DNA of 64,000 bases from Octopus vulgaris (lineage: Eukaryota), in the NCBI GenBank assembly GCA_951406725.2, contig OX597820.1:50964001-51028000 (forward strand). Direction: 5' to 3'. The position numbers and the translations under genes were made by a program. A model generated the notes under the pieces. The model saw nothing but the letters and a program-made list of their open reading frames with translations. It did no database searches and was not told the origin of the DNA. Within the stretch, counting starts at the first letter, position 1. Each line of letters starts with the position of its first letter. Positions 1 to 11,929 of this stretch are shown piece after piece.

Positions 1-57
1 ACGTTCTTTTCTCTTTATGTATTTGTGTCTGTAGATATGTGTGTATTTTTCTGCTTC

Positions 58-124
58 CGTGTGTGTGTATGTGTGTGTGTGTGTCTGTGTGTTTGTGTGT
101 CTCTGTGTGTTTGTGTGTGTGTGT
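58..124. repeat. (TG)n microsatellite
   Basis: Direct reading of an interrupted TG dinucleotide array. Confidence 0.95.
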
Positions 125-747
125 CCATCTGTTATAGAAATCCGGACTCGAGCGTGTTGTGAAAAATTAATTATGTAAGAAATATTTGGAGAAGATGATT
201 ACCTTTTTCCCTGCAAGCGAACTCTGAAGTCTGACATTAATTTTAATGATTTGTTTAGAGGAGACACAAGGCCAATTATTTTTGTCGACATGGAGAAAAT
301 ATAATAAAAGCGATTGTTTCATACTGCCGCGAGTAATCAATCTTTCCACTGATGAACATATCTGACAGTGACGATGGGTGTCATTGTTTATACTGAGAAG
401 CCTAGAGCTAATACAGTTTTACTTTGCGCTGAAACACATTGAATTTTCATCTATCTGTAAGCGTGAGAATGTGCTGAGACGATATCTTGACCAGAGATTT
501 GATTGAATTTTCTCCTGACTTAGATAATGAGCATAAAAATTACTGGTCCCTGAAATTCACATTTGACTTCATGGAACGGTGTTACTAAACAACACTCTAA
601 CTATATATAGGAGTTCACGAAAAATTTATATTCAGATGAATACGATACGTAAGTCGAGGCACCAGAATTTAGTACGGTATTATCCATACAATGTGAAAAT
701 AAGGTGATTAAAAGCAAAATAAGCAATCAAAATGGCATACAGAGTTA

Positions 748-835
748 ATGCATTACGATCGTTTCAAGCAACTCCATTTAATTGAACAATGCAATCATTA
801 CAGCAATTTAAATGCAGAGCAATCCTCAGTTGCAT
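748..835 (-). ncRNA. Type I hammerhead ribozyme motif (long stem II, palindromic GAUC loop III)
   Basis: Minus strand reads atgcaa-CTGAGGA-long stem II-GAAA-C-GATC-G-TA-atgcat; first pair of stem I is mismatched. Confidence 0.6.
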
Positions 836-874
836 AAAAACATAGAATGTAATTAAATTAAATTCTATGTCTCT

Positions 875-962
875 ATGCAGCTGAGGATTACTCTGTACTT
901 AAATTAATGTAATGAGTGTATTGTTCAATTAGATGGAGTTGCTTGAAACAATCGTACTGCAT
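875..962 (+). ncRNA. Type I hammerhead ribozyme motif
   Basis: atgcag(875-880)-CTGAGGA(881-887)-long stem II-GAAA(945-948)-C-AATC-G-TA(955-956)-ctgcat(957-962); perfect 6-bp stem I. Confidence 0.65.
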
Positions 963-986
963 TGCCTCTTGATATCCTTGTTGCTT

Positions 987-1003
987 ATATATGTATGTAT
1001 ATG

Positions 1004-1100
<97 letters not shown>

Positions 1101-1146
1101 ATGTGTGTGTGCATGTGTGTGTTTGCGTGTGTGTACGTATGTATAT
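987..1146. repeat. (TA)n/(TG)n compound microsatellite
   Basis: Direct reading. Confidence 0.95.
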
Positions 1147-2682
1147 AAAGTTTATTTGCCAACATCACATGGTAGTCCTGACGAGGAATGTGGTCGTACT
1201 TTTTGACCCCAGATAAACTTCTTTTTTCTGCTTTTCATCTTATAGATGGAGGCGGGTGGAGGTAGAATGAGGGGTGCATACTGTTACTAAGACCACTGAC
1301 TCCTAGCCGTTGGTATTACCAGCAGACCAATGGTTTCTGGGTTATTTCACTTCCTCGGTGCTGAATAACCGCCTGGCAAAACACAGCAGTGACCTTATTC
1401 ACAGTATATTCTTTTAAATCTCGTATTGAGATCTATGTGATAACAGTACTGGATAGGAAACTTGATCTGCTAGCATAAGAGTTTCTGAGATACAGTAGTC
1501 ACTCATCGAAATCTGCTGTTTTAAGTTTTACGCGAGAAAGGGATCCAGTGAAATGATCCAACAGACAAGTAGAAATAATAACACAGATGCTTACAGATCT
1601 CATCATTTCATTATTAACTATATTTTACCTAGCACATACCACACAACTCCACACACACGTATGTGTGTGTATGTGTGTGAGTGCGTGCGTGTGTGTGTGT
1701 GTGTGTGTGTGTGCTTTTCAAACAGGTCAAGTACTTTTTAGCATGTAACACAATGATTGTCATGGTAGATTCCGAAACTACTGAAAGAGAATATATTGTT
1801 GATAAAAGATTGACGTTATTTATCACCAACGGCTTAATAATTTTCTTTTTTCCGTGGATAAAGAAATTCAGAGTATAAAGTAATCTACAGTACTACACCA
1901 CTTTACATTCTACCTGTGTTGGCCTTGCATATATATGGAAATGCATATTTATTTTTGGGGGCGGGTTATGGGGGTGGAAATACGGTCAAGTAGAAACAAA
2001 AGAGCAGAGAGCAGGTGAATGAAGAAAGAAACACGAATGTTAGTCTCCTTCTTCAGCTCACGATTTCAGCACATTAATCAACACAACACAGTATTTATTG
2101 TACACGTAGATTTATGAAAAATACAATCAGGGCAAGTTGTTTTGATAGTAGGATGCTACGAACGTATTTAACCAACGAAGCAAAATAAAAATTCACAAAT
2201 ACTTTGGTGTAACAACATTTAATTCTGTAAAAACACGCAAAATATTTCGCTATGATGGATATGGTAACTAAACGTATGATGAAGTTATGAAGGTTATTCA
2301 ACAGTAAAAGGTTTTCGGATGGAGAGAGAATATAAACAATAAATTAAGAATCATGAGGTGATAGTATTGGAGGTTTGTCCTTAAACATGCAGAAATATAT
2401 AGTGAATAATGAAGTAACTGAGTACCAATCCTATTGAAAACAAACAAAAGAAAAAGCTTAGTTAGTAGTGAATTGGTAAAAACTAATTGGTTCTCAAGGC
2501 TAACATAAGAATTTTTGTTTAACAGTATTCAGTACACGCTTATTGTACTGAGATACATGACACTGGCAAATCTTTCACATTTTTCTTATATTATTTCTCT
2601 TCCGTTTGCACAAATTAGCGAAGCAATAAATGAGCTTTCTCTGTTTTGTACATGTTTAAACATCACCTACAGCTTCAGATAA

Positions 2683-2928
2683 GGTTGGGCAACTGCTGTA
2701 TTGGTCTATCGGAGAAAAGCATATTCACGCCGGCCCTTCTCTCTCCAGTTAATTATCCAGCCTATCCATTGTTTCCGTCAAATCTGGATACTCCGCCGAA
2801 GTCGATTTTGCCTTTCATCCTTATTAAGAGGTCGATAAAATAAGTGCCGGTTGATCACTAGTGTCGATATAATCGTCTTGACCTCTCCCCAAAACTTGCT
2901 GGGCTTTCGCCAGAATTTGAAACCAATA
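2683..2928 (+). mobile_element. SINE family A copy (degenerate 5' end)
   Basis: Shares tccgccgaagtcgattttgcctttcatcc...gtcgataaaataagt...aatttgaaacc core with copies at 14754, 18070, 18775 and 20930-21610. Confidence 0.75.
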
Positions 2929-4128
2929 TATCCGTAGAAGTTCTCTTGCGCTCTCGCTCTCTCTCTCTCTTTCGCTGTATATGTGTTTTGAGTGTGTGAT
3001 TGTATGTGAATTTAATTATATGTATTAAAACATGCTCAAATATACTATATACCCATGTATATGCTTACATATATACATAAAGATATATTATATATCCAGA
3101 GAGAATGAGAGAGAGAGGAGATACGGGAGGAGGAGGGAGAGACAGGGAAACCTATACCTGAGATTTAAGCGAATATTTTATATATCTGTTTATAGATGGT
3201 GATTAGACGAAGTAAAACGCTTGTTTATACTAGCACACATGTATATCAATTTCCTCTTGTATTACACACTCTCAAGTCGTAGCATCCATACAACACTCAG
3301 CCTCTTTTCTAGCAACCTAATTGCAATTGCAACGTGTTTACGTTTCCTTTGAACGAACATGTTTCTACCAGTCTTTTCACCCATATATATTTATTTATCT
3401 ACCTTACATTTACAAGTTGAATCAACATCCCCAACTTTGGCAAACGAAATGTCTCTCTTTATTTCAACTTAATGTAACACAAATATACACCACTTCAGTT
3501 GTTGTATATGTTACTATCTCCCAGCTACTAATGCTTCCAATGAAACCTCCTTTGTTCAGAACTAACTTAGATATAATCAGAGTTCAACAGCCCATCATAT
3601 AAATCTAAACAACGTTGACATTTAATAAACAATAAATAAATATTTCCTACATTAAAAGTCTGCTAACTCATAATTTCCTCACCTACTTGAAATCAGTTAA
3701 AACACTGGCATATAGACAGCTCATAGCTTTGAAAATCTATAGGATGAACGAAACAATTTCAATAAACACATGGATAATATTTCCTGCCATTTCAGAAATT
3801 GCAACATTGATTTCATATGACTGGAATGTACGTCATCATATTTGATGATGAGAAGGTTACAGGATATATTAAACAAACCTCGCGAGAAGGACATTATACA
3901 ACTAAGATTATAGAATTAATGCATCCAGGCATACATAGACATACGTACACTCACATATATTCGTATATGTACGTATTTATATATGTGTGTGTGTGTATAT
4001 ACATATCAATGTATATCTATCTCACTCTCTCTCTATATATATATTATACATTATATATATTATATATAATATAATATTATATATTATATACTATATATAT
4101 ATATTATATATCATATATATATATATAT

Positions 4129-4432
4129 ATCACCATGATCACCGTGACTGGCCAGGCTTTAAGATGCTGCTGCACATCGCTGGTCACAATGCGCTTCGCA
4201 TTGTTTTAACCTTCAAATGACCCCATACCGATGGCTAAGCGAGCAGGCCAACAGAAGAAAGAATAAGAGAAAGTTGTGGCGAAAGAGTACAGCAGAGATC
4301 ACCCCCACCCTGTCGGAGCCTCGTGGAGCTTTAAGTGTTTTCACTCAATAATCACTCACAACGCTCGGTCTGGGATTTGAAACCGCGATACTACGACAGG
4401 CGAGTCCGCTGCCCTCTGGGCCATCGCGCCTC

Positions 4433-4433
<1 letters not shown>
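4129..4433 (-). mobile_element. tRNA-derived SINE family B
   Basis: Minus 5' end ggaggcgcgatggcccag...ggtttcaaatccc has A-box/B-box-like motifs; collinear with second copy at 31476-31767; flanked by TA/CA repeats. Confidence 0.85.
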
Positions 4434-4492
<59 letters not shown>

Positions 4493-4589
4493 TACATATA
4501 CATAGACTGATATTTATATTTATATATATATATAGGTGAGTTTCAGTGGGTAAGTCTGTATGCGTAGTCCGCATGGTATTTCTGTCTTG

Positions 4590-4770
4590 CACGGATTGTC
4601 AACCAGCGTTTGTCTGATTGCATCCCTGTAACTTAGTGTTTCGGCATAGATACACCAATGAAATAAATTTCAAAATTAAATAATAGTTGATCTGATCGAT
4701 TAAACTTTCAAAAGTAATTGCCGAAAATGGCGAGTAATTCAGTAAGTGAAACACAGTAAAGAAACGAAAA
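4590..4770 (+). mobile_element. 3' fragment of SINE family C (decayed)
   Basis: tccctgtaacttagtgtttcggca...tgaaacacagtaaaga resembles 12900-13050. Confidence 0.55.
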
Positions 4771-5436
4771 AAACATATTGGTTTTCTTCAACAGACTTGG
4801 CATAAAACACGTTTTTTTCGTCCTGTTTCTCCTATTTCTTCTTTTTCTCCTCTTATTTCTTTTTCGAAATATCTTACTTTGTGAAGAAGTTATTCCGGTT
4901 GAAGCCTCAAAGACTTCTCCTTCTTTTTAATCATTCACTGTTATTAATCTAGTAATTTCCATTTCGCTCTATTGTCTACCTAAATTTGTTAAACCTATAT
5001 ACACATACATATGCTTATGTAAACGTTCATTTGTTTGTGTGTATGTCTGTTTGTGTGTGTCTGTACGTGCTTGTTTGTGAGTGCATGTTTTTGTCTGCGT
5101 GTGTGTTTGTGTTTGTGTGTGTGTGTGTGTTTGTGTGTTGTGACAGTGGTGGAGAACGAATAGGTTATCATGACATGACTGCTTCTCTGAGATTTGCTAA
5201 TTATATTTTTGTTGCGAATTTTGATAGTTTAACTAATTTTACATATTTGATATTTTGGATAAATAGGATGATATTACATATGGATTAGGCTTGTATGTAA
5301 AAAAAAACCCCAAAGTAATGCAAATGCTGTACCAAAGAAACAGAAGAATCGTGGCTTGTCATACATTCAAACCATGACGTAACTTAAGCTTTTTGGAACT
5401 GCTCTATACTGTAATTAAGCAAACTTTAGTGGCAAT

Positions 5437-5513
5437 ACACATACATACATACACACACACGTACATACATACATACATACATACATACATACATACATAC
5501 ATACATACATACA

Positions 5514-5547
<34 letters not shown>

Positions 5548-5555
5548 CATACATA
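5437..5555. repeat. (TACA)n tetranucleotide microsatellite
   Basis: Direct reading. Confidence 0.95.
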
Positions 5556-6311
5556 TAGAGCAAACGGCTACTGTCAGTTGGGTGTGAACACACACACATA
5601 CACACAGACATACATACAAACAAATAAACATTTATATAAGCATTTGTATGCTTATATAGGCTTAACAACACACACACATATGCTACATCAGGTTTGGATG
5701 ATCTAGTCCCTGGAGAGGTTGTCTTTTATATGTGTAATTTGTGAAAGAGAAAAACAATTATTTGACAAAAGTTTCTTCAAAACCTCCTTTGTTTTATACA
5801 TTAAGTAGAATATTCTGTCAATAGTGGATTTAAAGGATCATTATTTTATGACAGAATTCGCACTATATTACAAATGAGTACCATCAGATTGAAAATCATA
5901 TTAGGATTTAACACTGAAAGCATCGGAGAAGAAAGAAGGTACTGCCCAGAGGTTTCGGAAATATACATCGAATAATGAATTTAATAACAAAGCAACACTA
6001 TTTCTATGAAACACCTGTGTAATGCTTCTTAATGACTTATTTCTCTACGATTGACAGCTCGGCATCTGTTTACAGCTTTGAACATGTTGAGAATTAGATT
6101 TCCGTTTTTCTCGTGTTACAATGAACACACGGTCATTGTAACATTGTGAAAATGAAACATGCACACTAGAATGTAAAATAGTTAATGTTTAAGTATACTC
6201 ACAATGTTAACTCAAAGAGTTTGGAGTAGAGAAGTTTGGCACTTTCTTCTGACACTATGCAAATCAAAATAGAATCCCGAGAATATTTCAACTCTATCAT
6301 AATAATGAAAA

Positions 6312-6563
6312 GAAAAATAATTGCAACGTGGAAGGTGTTTATAAGCCATTTAAGAAACACACGAAAACTATTAGATTCACTTCAGCATTTAAATCTAATT
6401 TGACAAAATATTTTCGTCGCTTTGAGACCGCGACCTGTTCACTGAAAAATAATTAGTGCTGCATCTATTTTGACAAATTAAATTTAAATTTCGAAGTGAA
6501 TCTAACGGTTTTTGTGTGTTTCTTGAATGGCTTATAAACACCTTCCACGCTGCAATTGTTTTC
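6312..6563. repeat. Inverted repeat (~95-bp arms, ~55-bp spacer), Penelope terminal-repeat-like fold-back
   Basis: aattgcaacgtggaaggtgtttataagccatttaagaaacacac (from 6319) pairs with gtgtgtttcttgaatggcttataaacaccttccacgctgcaatt (to 6557). Confidence 0.9.
6398..6450 (-). ncRNA. Variant minimal hammerhead motif with G3:C8 core (GUGAACA)
   Basis: Minus strand: atttttca-GTGAACA-g-gtcgc-ggtctcaaa-gcgac-GAAA-ATAT-TT-tgtcaaat; perfect 5-bp stem II, palindromic loop III, stem I pairs at 6 of 8 positions. Confidence 0.5.
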
Positions 6564-6789
6564 GTTCCAGCACACGATCTCAGATCAGGTCACTTGTTAT
6601 GCAAGTACATCTCCGTGAAAAAAAAATGGTAAAGAGAAAACAGAAGATATACTGTGAAAATATGTGCTTTTGTCTTCTGCTTTAAGCGACTTGTATCCGT
6701 CAAGATGACAAAGATACAAAAATAACTGATATTGGAAATCGTTATATAAATATAATCCACAAGTATAAAAGAGAAATCTGAAGTATAAA

Positions 6790-7640
6790 ACGAAACTACA
6801 TTTAGACACTATCAGGTATTTGGATCACAAGAATCACTGAATCTTACTTAACTTAACACTATTTGGAGCGAAGCAAATGTGAGGGTTAGTCTTCCCGATT
6901 TCACGAGGTACATATCGTTTTAACGTATCTTTCTTAGTATTATATCTACCCGGATATTGAACACATATCAGAAACTTAACTCTAAAGTGGCGTTTTTATA
7001 GGTTATATTAACAATTTACCAAGATTGTTTCTTATATTAATGGACGCTACCATATGCAGGTCTCAACCATTACTCAGACCGTGAAAACCCAGCTCAAAGA
7101 GAGAACGTCGACATATTTTTCATTGATTTCTTACAATCCTTCAAGACAGACGATCATTGAAAATATATTAATCAATAAATCTGTCGAATTGGGAAATTAT
7201 TGGAACAGTTGGAGCAAGAGTGCTAATGATTATCGAACATTAGATAATATCTTAAATTTTGCTCCCCTTACTGTATATAAAGGTATCGTTCAGCTACAAA
7301 CATTTCGAAGATTAGCTGATACATTTAGTATCTGTAGAGCGGGTGGTGATTATGATCACAGATACGTTTCCTTAAAGTTTAAGATCAGGCCCAACGAAAA
7401 GCATATTTAGTCGATCTGAGTAAAAGTCCCTGAATAGGTTGTCATAAATGTCCACCCCAGTATACAAGTCATATGCGTATATGCTTTTGTAGTTAAAGGT
7501 GGCGTGAGGATGTAGGGTTGCAAGAGAGGGGTAGGGTATTCGTTTGGAAGGGTGGGTTTGTGTTAAAAATGATTACGGAAGACAAGAAATGGTTTTTCAT
7601 CGTATTTTGGTTAGAGAATAGAGTGATTCTGGTAGGAACT
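6790..7640. mobile_element. Possible highly decayed Penelope-like RT fragments
   Basis: Plus-frame LFSYINGRYHMQVS (cf. NYFxFNGxYYxQxxG) and LISYNP; weak similarity only. Confidence 0.3.
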
Positions 7641-8159
7641 AGGCTTATGTTTACAGTGCAACCAGTACACTACACTGATAAGGTATGATCAAGACTCACT
7701 TTTAGACTTTATATAGGAAAATGGGTGAAGAATCAAAATATTCTTTTCTCAGTCAACCACTGTTCGTCTCATTCTACTGCTGTAAAAGCAATGTCTGTAC
7801 ATTCTCAGTATTCTCAACTTGATATGATGTATCAAGATTTGTGTGACAAATTGTGGTTTTGAATATCGTCCTGAAGAAATCTTCCATAGAAACCCCAAGA
7901 AGATTATTTACTGCATAAATGTGATGAAATTCGTCCAGGGCGTGATGTTAATAACCCGTAAATACATTTCTCCTCGTGCATTTTGAATACTGAAAGTGTT
8001 GCATATTCAGAGAATATGCATTTTCATGTCTTTTTCAAAATCGCAACCGTTTGATACAGGGTATTCGGTGAGTTCTGTGGACCTACTATTATTGTGCCTG
8101 ACGTCATATTTCTGCCCATTGAATCTTTTGATTAATTGTTCTGCTATACAACCATCATA

Positions 8160-9258
8160 AATCATGTTGTTGTTATTAGTATTTCTTCGTAAAACGGTGT
8201 GGGTTATAATGCACCGGAGTCTTTAGTTATCTGTAAAGTCACAACAAAGACCTCAGACAGTTATCTGTTAAGTCACAACAAGGAACTCAGAGAGATGATA
8301 CTTTGCAATGTGCCCAATAAGCCTGCGTTTCGCAAGACATCAGTCTTGCATGGAATTTCCAGTTGTCTTCAGAAGTCTTGATGTTTCAGTGAGATTGAGC
8401 TCAACGCTCCGATCACCACTAGTATATATATATATTTACTCCCGAATTCCATAGTCTTGCCATTTCCACTTTCAATTCGAAGTACTTGGTGATTTTTTTC
8501 AACCTCTTTACGACATTCATGTTATTTGGTATGGCTACATCAATGATCTGACAGTCTTTTTCTCTCTTGTTCAATATCACAATATGCGGCCGACATTGTT
8601 CGATTACATGATCCGCATGAAAGTCATAGTCCCATAGTATCGTTAATTTTCCATCCGGCTGCAGAACTTTCCTTGGAACATGATCATACCAGTTTTCTGT
8701 TAGTTCATATTGGTATTTACGGCATAAGAGCCAATAAAGGTACACACAAATTATCGAGGCGGCATTTGTATCCTTTTCATGCAGGGTTCTCACATCCACT
8801 TACAAAGTGGGTCACATTTTCCACACTCTTTCCACTGAATCTGCATTTCTTGGTGTCAGAAGTTTTATAGATGTTATACTTCACTGACTTGGTAGCGAGA
8901 GCCTGGTCTTGTACAGCAATGATCAGGCATTCCGGGGTACGCTTCAAATCACCTCACTCAAGCCATGCCCACAATGCTGTATTATCGCTAACGTCCTATG
9001 TATTCCTTTCAAAATGTCCATGCATTCTCATTTCAAGAAGGTCTTCTTTTCTCTTCTCTTCAGCATTTCACCTCCATTTTCACCTATATATTTCGCGGCA
9101 TATTGCTGTAGGTCTTCATCACTATTTATAAAATACTCGCCAAGCGTTTTCTTTCCAATTCTTATACAGGGATCTATACCAATTAGTCCTCTGCCACCAT
9201 TCTTTCTTTTCATATATAGTCTGTTTACGTTCGCTTTAGGGTGTAGCGCTCCATGTTA
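8160..9258 (-). mobile_element. 5'-truncated R4/Dong-clade non-LTR retrotransposon (zinc knuckle + restriction-like endonuclease), inactivated
   Basis: Minus-strand peptides LYMKRKNGGRGLIGID, CLIIAVQDQAL, CRFSGKSVENVTHFVSGC, ILWDYDFHADHVIEQCRPHIVILNK..CQIIDVAIP, GLLGT; frameshifts and a (TA)n insertion at ~8424. Confidence 0.85.
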
Positions 9259-9292
9259 TCCTCCTCCTCCTCATCATCATCATCGCCATCAT

Positions 9293-9447
9293 AATAGATG
9301 TCGCTCAGTATACAATATCACGAGGTTGTTGAATGAAGATATTGTGTCTACTGGGGGTTTGAACTGTTTGTCAAGCCACAACAAGGACCCCAGACAGACT
9401 ACTTTACGCAACATGCGTGCAGTTCCAAGTAATGCCGACTTTTGCAA
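9293..9447 (-). mobile_element. 3' tip of a second R4/Dong-type element
   Basis: Minus frame LQKSALLGTARMLRKVV, the typical C-terminus of this clade, followed by 3' UTR and a (TGA)n-like tail. Confidence 0.75.
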
Positions 9448-9469
9448 TTATTATTATTATCATTATTAT

Positions 9470-9770
9470 CATGTTTGGCTTTTGTTTGTATTTGTACAAG
9501 TCTTACTCGGAGATTTCAAGAGACAACAAGTTACAAAGTTGAAGTCTGCATTATGATTAAGGTTTAATATCTTGTGTTTTGCATAAAATTATTATTCTAC
9601 AGAGTGTCTGTCAGGACATAAGAAACTTTAAAGTTTGTTTCGAAAGTAATTTGATAAGATGATTGTGCGATCTTAAGATGATTGTAAAAGGTATTTGATA
9701 TTAGGTACATTGAAATGTTCATCTGATAATGTTCACAGATTAAAATGTTTTGGGAATTACATAGACAAAA
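9470..9770 (-). mobile_element. Probable 3' UTR fragment of a third R4/Dong-type element ending in (TAA)n
   Basis: Minus strand ends ...ctccgagtaagacttgtacaaatacaaacaaaagccaaacatgataataatgataataataa; same orientation and tail type as its neighbours. Confidence 0.45.
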
Positions 9771-9971
9771 TTTTTCTTCTTTTTCTGTTTTTTTTTTCGT
9801 ATTAATGTAATTACTGATTGATTCCTTAGAACATCAGACATAATTACTTCTCAGTTGAAACATTCTTAATTCATCCTCCAGGTTTGATAAAAGGAAATAT
9901 CAGTAAAATACTGGTGTCGATAGTATCAACTACATTCCTTCAAAATTGTTAATGATTGCACTAAATCAAAC

Positions 9972-9973
9972 AC

Positions 9974-10026
<53 letters not shown>

Positions 10027-10066
10027 TCACCACCACCACCACCACTGCCACCGCCGCCGCTACTAC

Positions 10067-10107
<41 letters not shown>

Positions 10108-10119
10108 TTACTACTACAG

Positions 10120-10159
<40 letters not shown>

Positions 10160-10200
10160 CACCGCCGCCGCCGCCACCACCACCACCACCACCATCACCG

Positions 10201-10280
<80 letters not shown>

Positions 10281-10281
10281 A
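9972..10281. repeat. Compound trinucleotide array (CTA/CCA/CCG/CTG)
   Basis: Direct reading; source of the poly-V/L/S/G ORFs. Confidence 0.95.
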
Positions 10282-10544
10282 TTACGATGCTTTTGAAGCC
10301 CTTTGAATCGGCATTGAGCAGTATGCCCTTTGAGAAAAAAGTCATGAGATTCTACATCATTAATTCCTTTCACATAAAAGATTGTCTGGAAGACAAATGA
10401 CTCCAGACAAATCCGACTGCTCATCTTAAGATTGTCTGTGATACATTTTAACGTTAACTGCAATCCTGTTGTATACATCTGTCTATTTGTTTGTACGTTT
10501 TCCGTCAGTTCTTTCATTTTCATGGTACGCAAAGAAAGAGAGAG

Positions 10545-10602
<58 letters not shown>

Positions 10603-11574
10603 TGTCGCCACCATACATTCATCCCACATCTCACCCACCTATATTTATCACTGTATAATCACAGTATAATAACAAAAATATCTCTTTAATGTGATGGATG
10701 TGAATATAGTGAGTGTTGGAAGCATCTTAACGGAAATGTATTTAAACAGGAATAAAAACGAATACGATTATAGCAAATGTTAGACAACAATATGAAAACA
10801 ATACAAATAAATCAAATAAATACAACACATAATGTAAAAAATCGATTTCTTTATAGTCTAAGGAATATTGTTATATGAATGTAATAAAGAACTGTGAAGT
10901 GCCAATACTACATAATTATTATTTTACGTTCAAGCAATGCTACATTTGTGTTTGTACTGAGGAGTAAAGGGTACAGTTCGTTTCCGGAGAGAAGAAATGG
11001 CGTATAGATTTCGTTATTTTTTGTTATGGCTATTACACCCTCACATTCCTTTACGAGGAAAGAGAACGGCAATCAAAAATTGTATTATAGACTCTCATTA
11101 GAACTTTTGAAATTTAAGAAAGAAGAAAATGGCGAGTAGTTACTATCAGGTAGTTCCTTTCCTAAAAAAGGCGTTAGAATGCTAAAACAGAATATGCCAG
11201 AGCCATATATATACTGGCAATTCTACAAAAATCATTCATTTGTCAATTATTAATTTATTCTTTCATTCGCAAATACATAAACACATACGTGCATATATTC
11301 ACACATATGTATATGAATACACACACAAAACACACACACACATGCACACACACATGCACACACAAACATGCACACACATATACATGAAAGCAAGCGGGTT
11401 GTCACACAAGTGGGCAGAGTTGTCGGAAGAGAATACTTTGCGACATTTGTTCTTTATTTTTACGTTTTATATTTAGTTATCCTCCCCAACGTCAACACCC
11501 AGAGTCCATGGTAAAATGAATATTCACGTTGTGTGGACACAATGCCATCGAGTAAACCATCTAACTTCAATATA

Positions 11575-11841
11575 TTTCCTCTTCCTTTTCCTTCCCCTCT
11601 ATTCTTCCACTTCCTCCCCTTTCTCCTCTTCTTCATCATCTTCCTCATGATTCTCCTCTTCTTCATCGTCTTCCTCATGTTTCTCCTCTTCTTCATCGTC
11701 TACCTTCTCTTCTGCATCCTCCTCCTCCTCCACCTCCTCCTCCTCCTCCACCTCCACCACCTCCACCTCCACCTCCTCCTCCTCCTCCTCCTCCTCCACC
11801 ACCTCCTCCTCCTCCTCCTCCTCCTCCTCCTCCTCCTCCTC

Positions 11842-11901
<60 letters not shown>

Positions 11902-11929
11902 TTACTACCACCACCACCACCACTACTAC
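11575..11929. repeat. Compound (CTT/CCT/CTA/CCA) trinucleotide array
   Basis: Direct reading; includes a thrice-repeated tctcctcttcttcatcrtc unit. Confidence 0.95.

Larger units (their letters stand above)
741..969. repeat. Imperfect inverted repeat (~105-bp arms, ~13-nt AT-rich loop) carrying two HHR motifs; probable Penelope-type inverted terminal-repeat relic
   Basis: agagttaatgcattacgatcgtttcaagcaactccattta (741-780) is the reverse complement, with a few mismatches, of tagatggagttgcttgaaacaatcgtactgcattgcctct (930-969); pairing continues inward to catagaat/attctatg. Confidence 0.9.

Noticed and set aside
7868-7900. CTGAAGA...GAAA spacing resembling a hammerhead
   Set aside because: No stem II, stem III or closing stem I pairing
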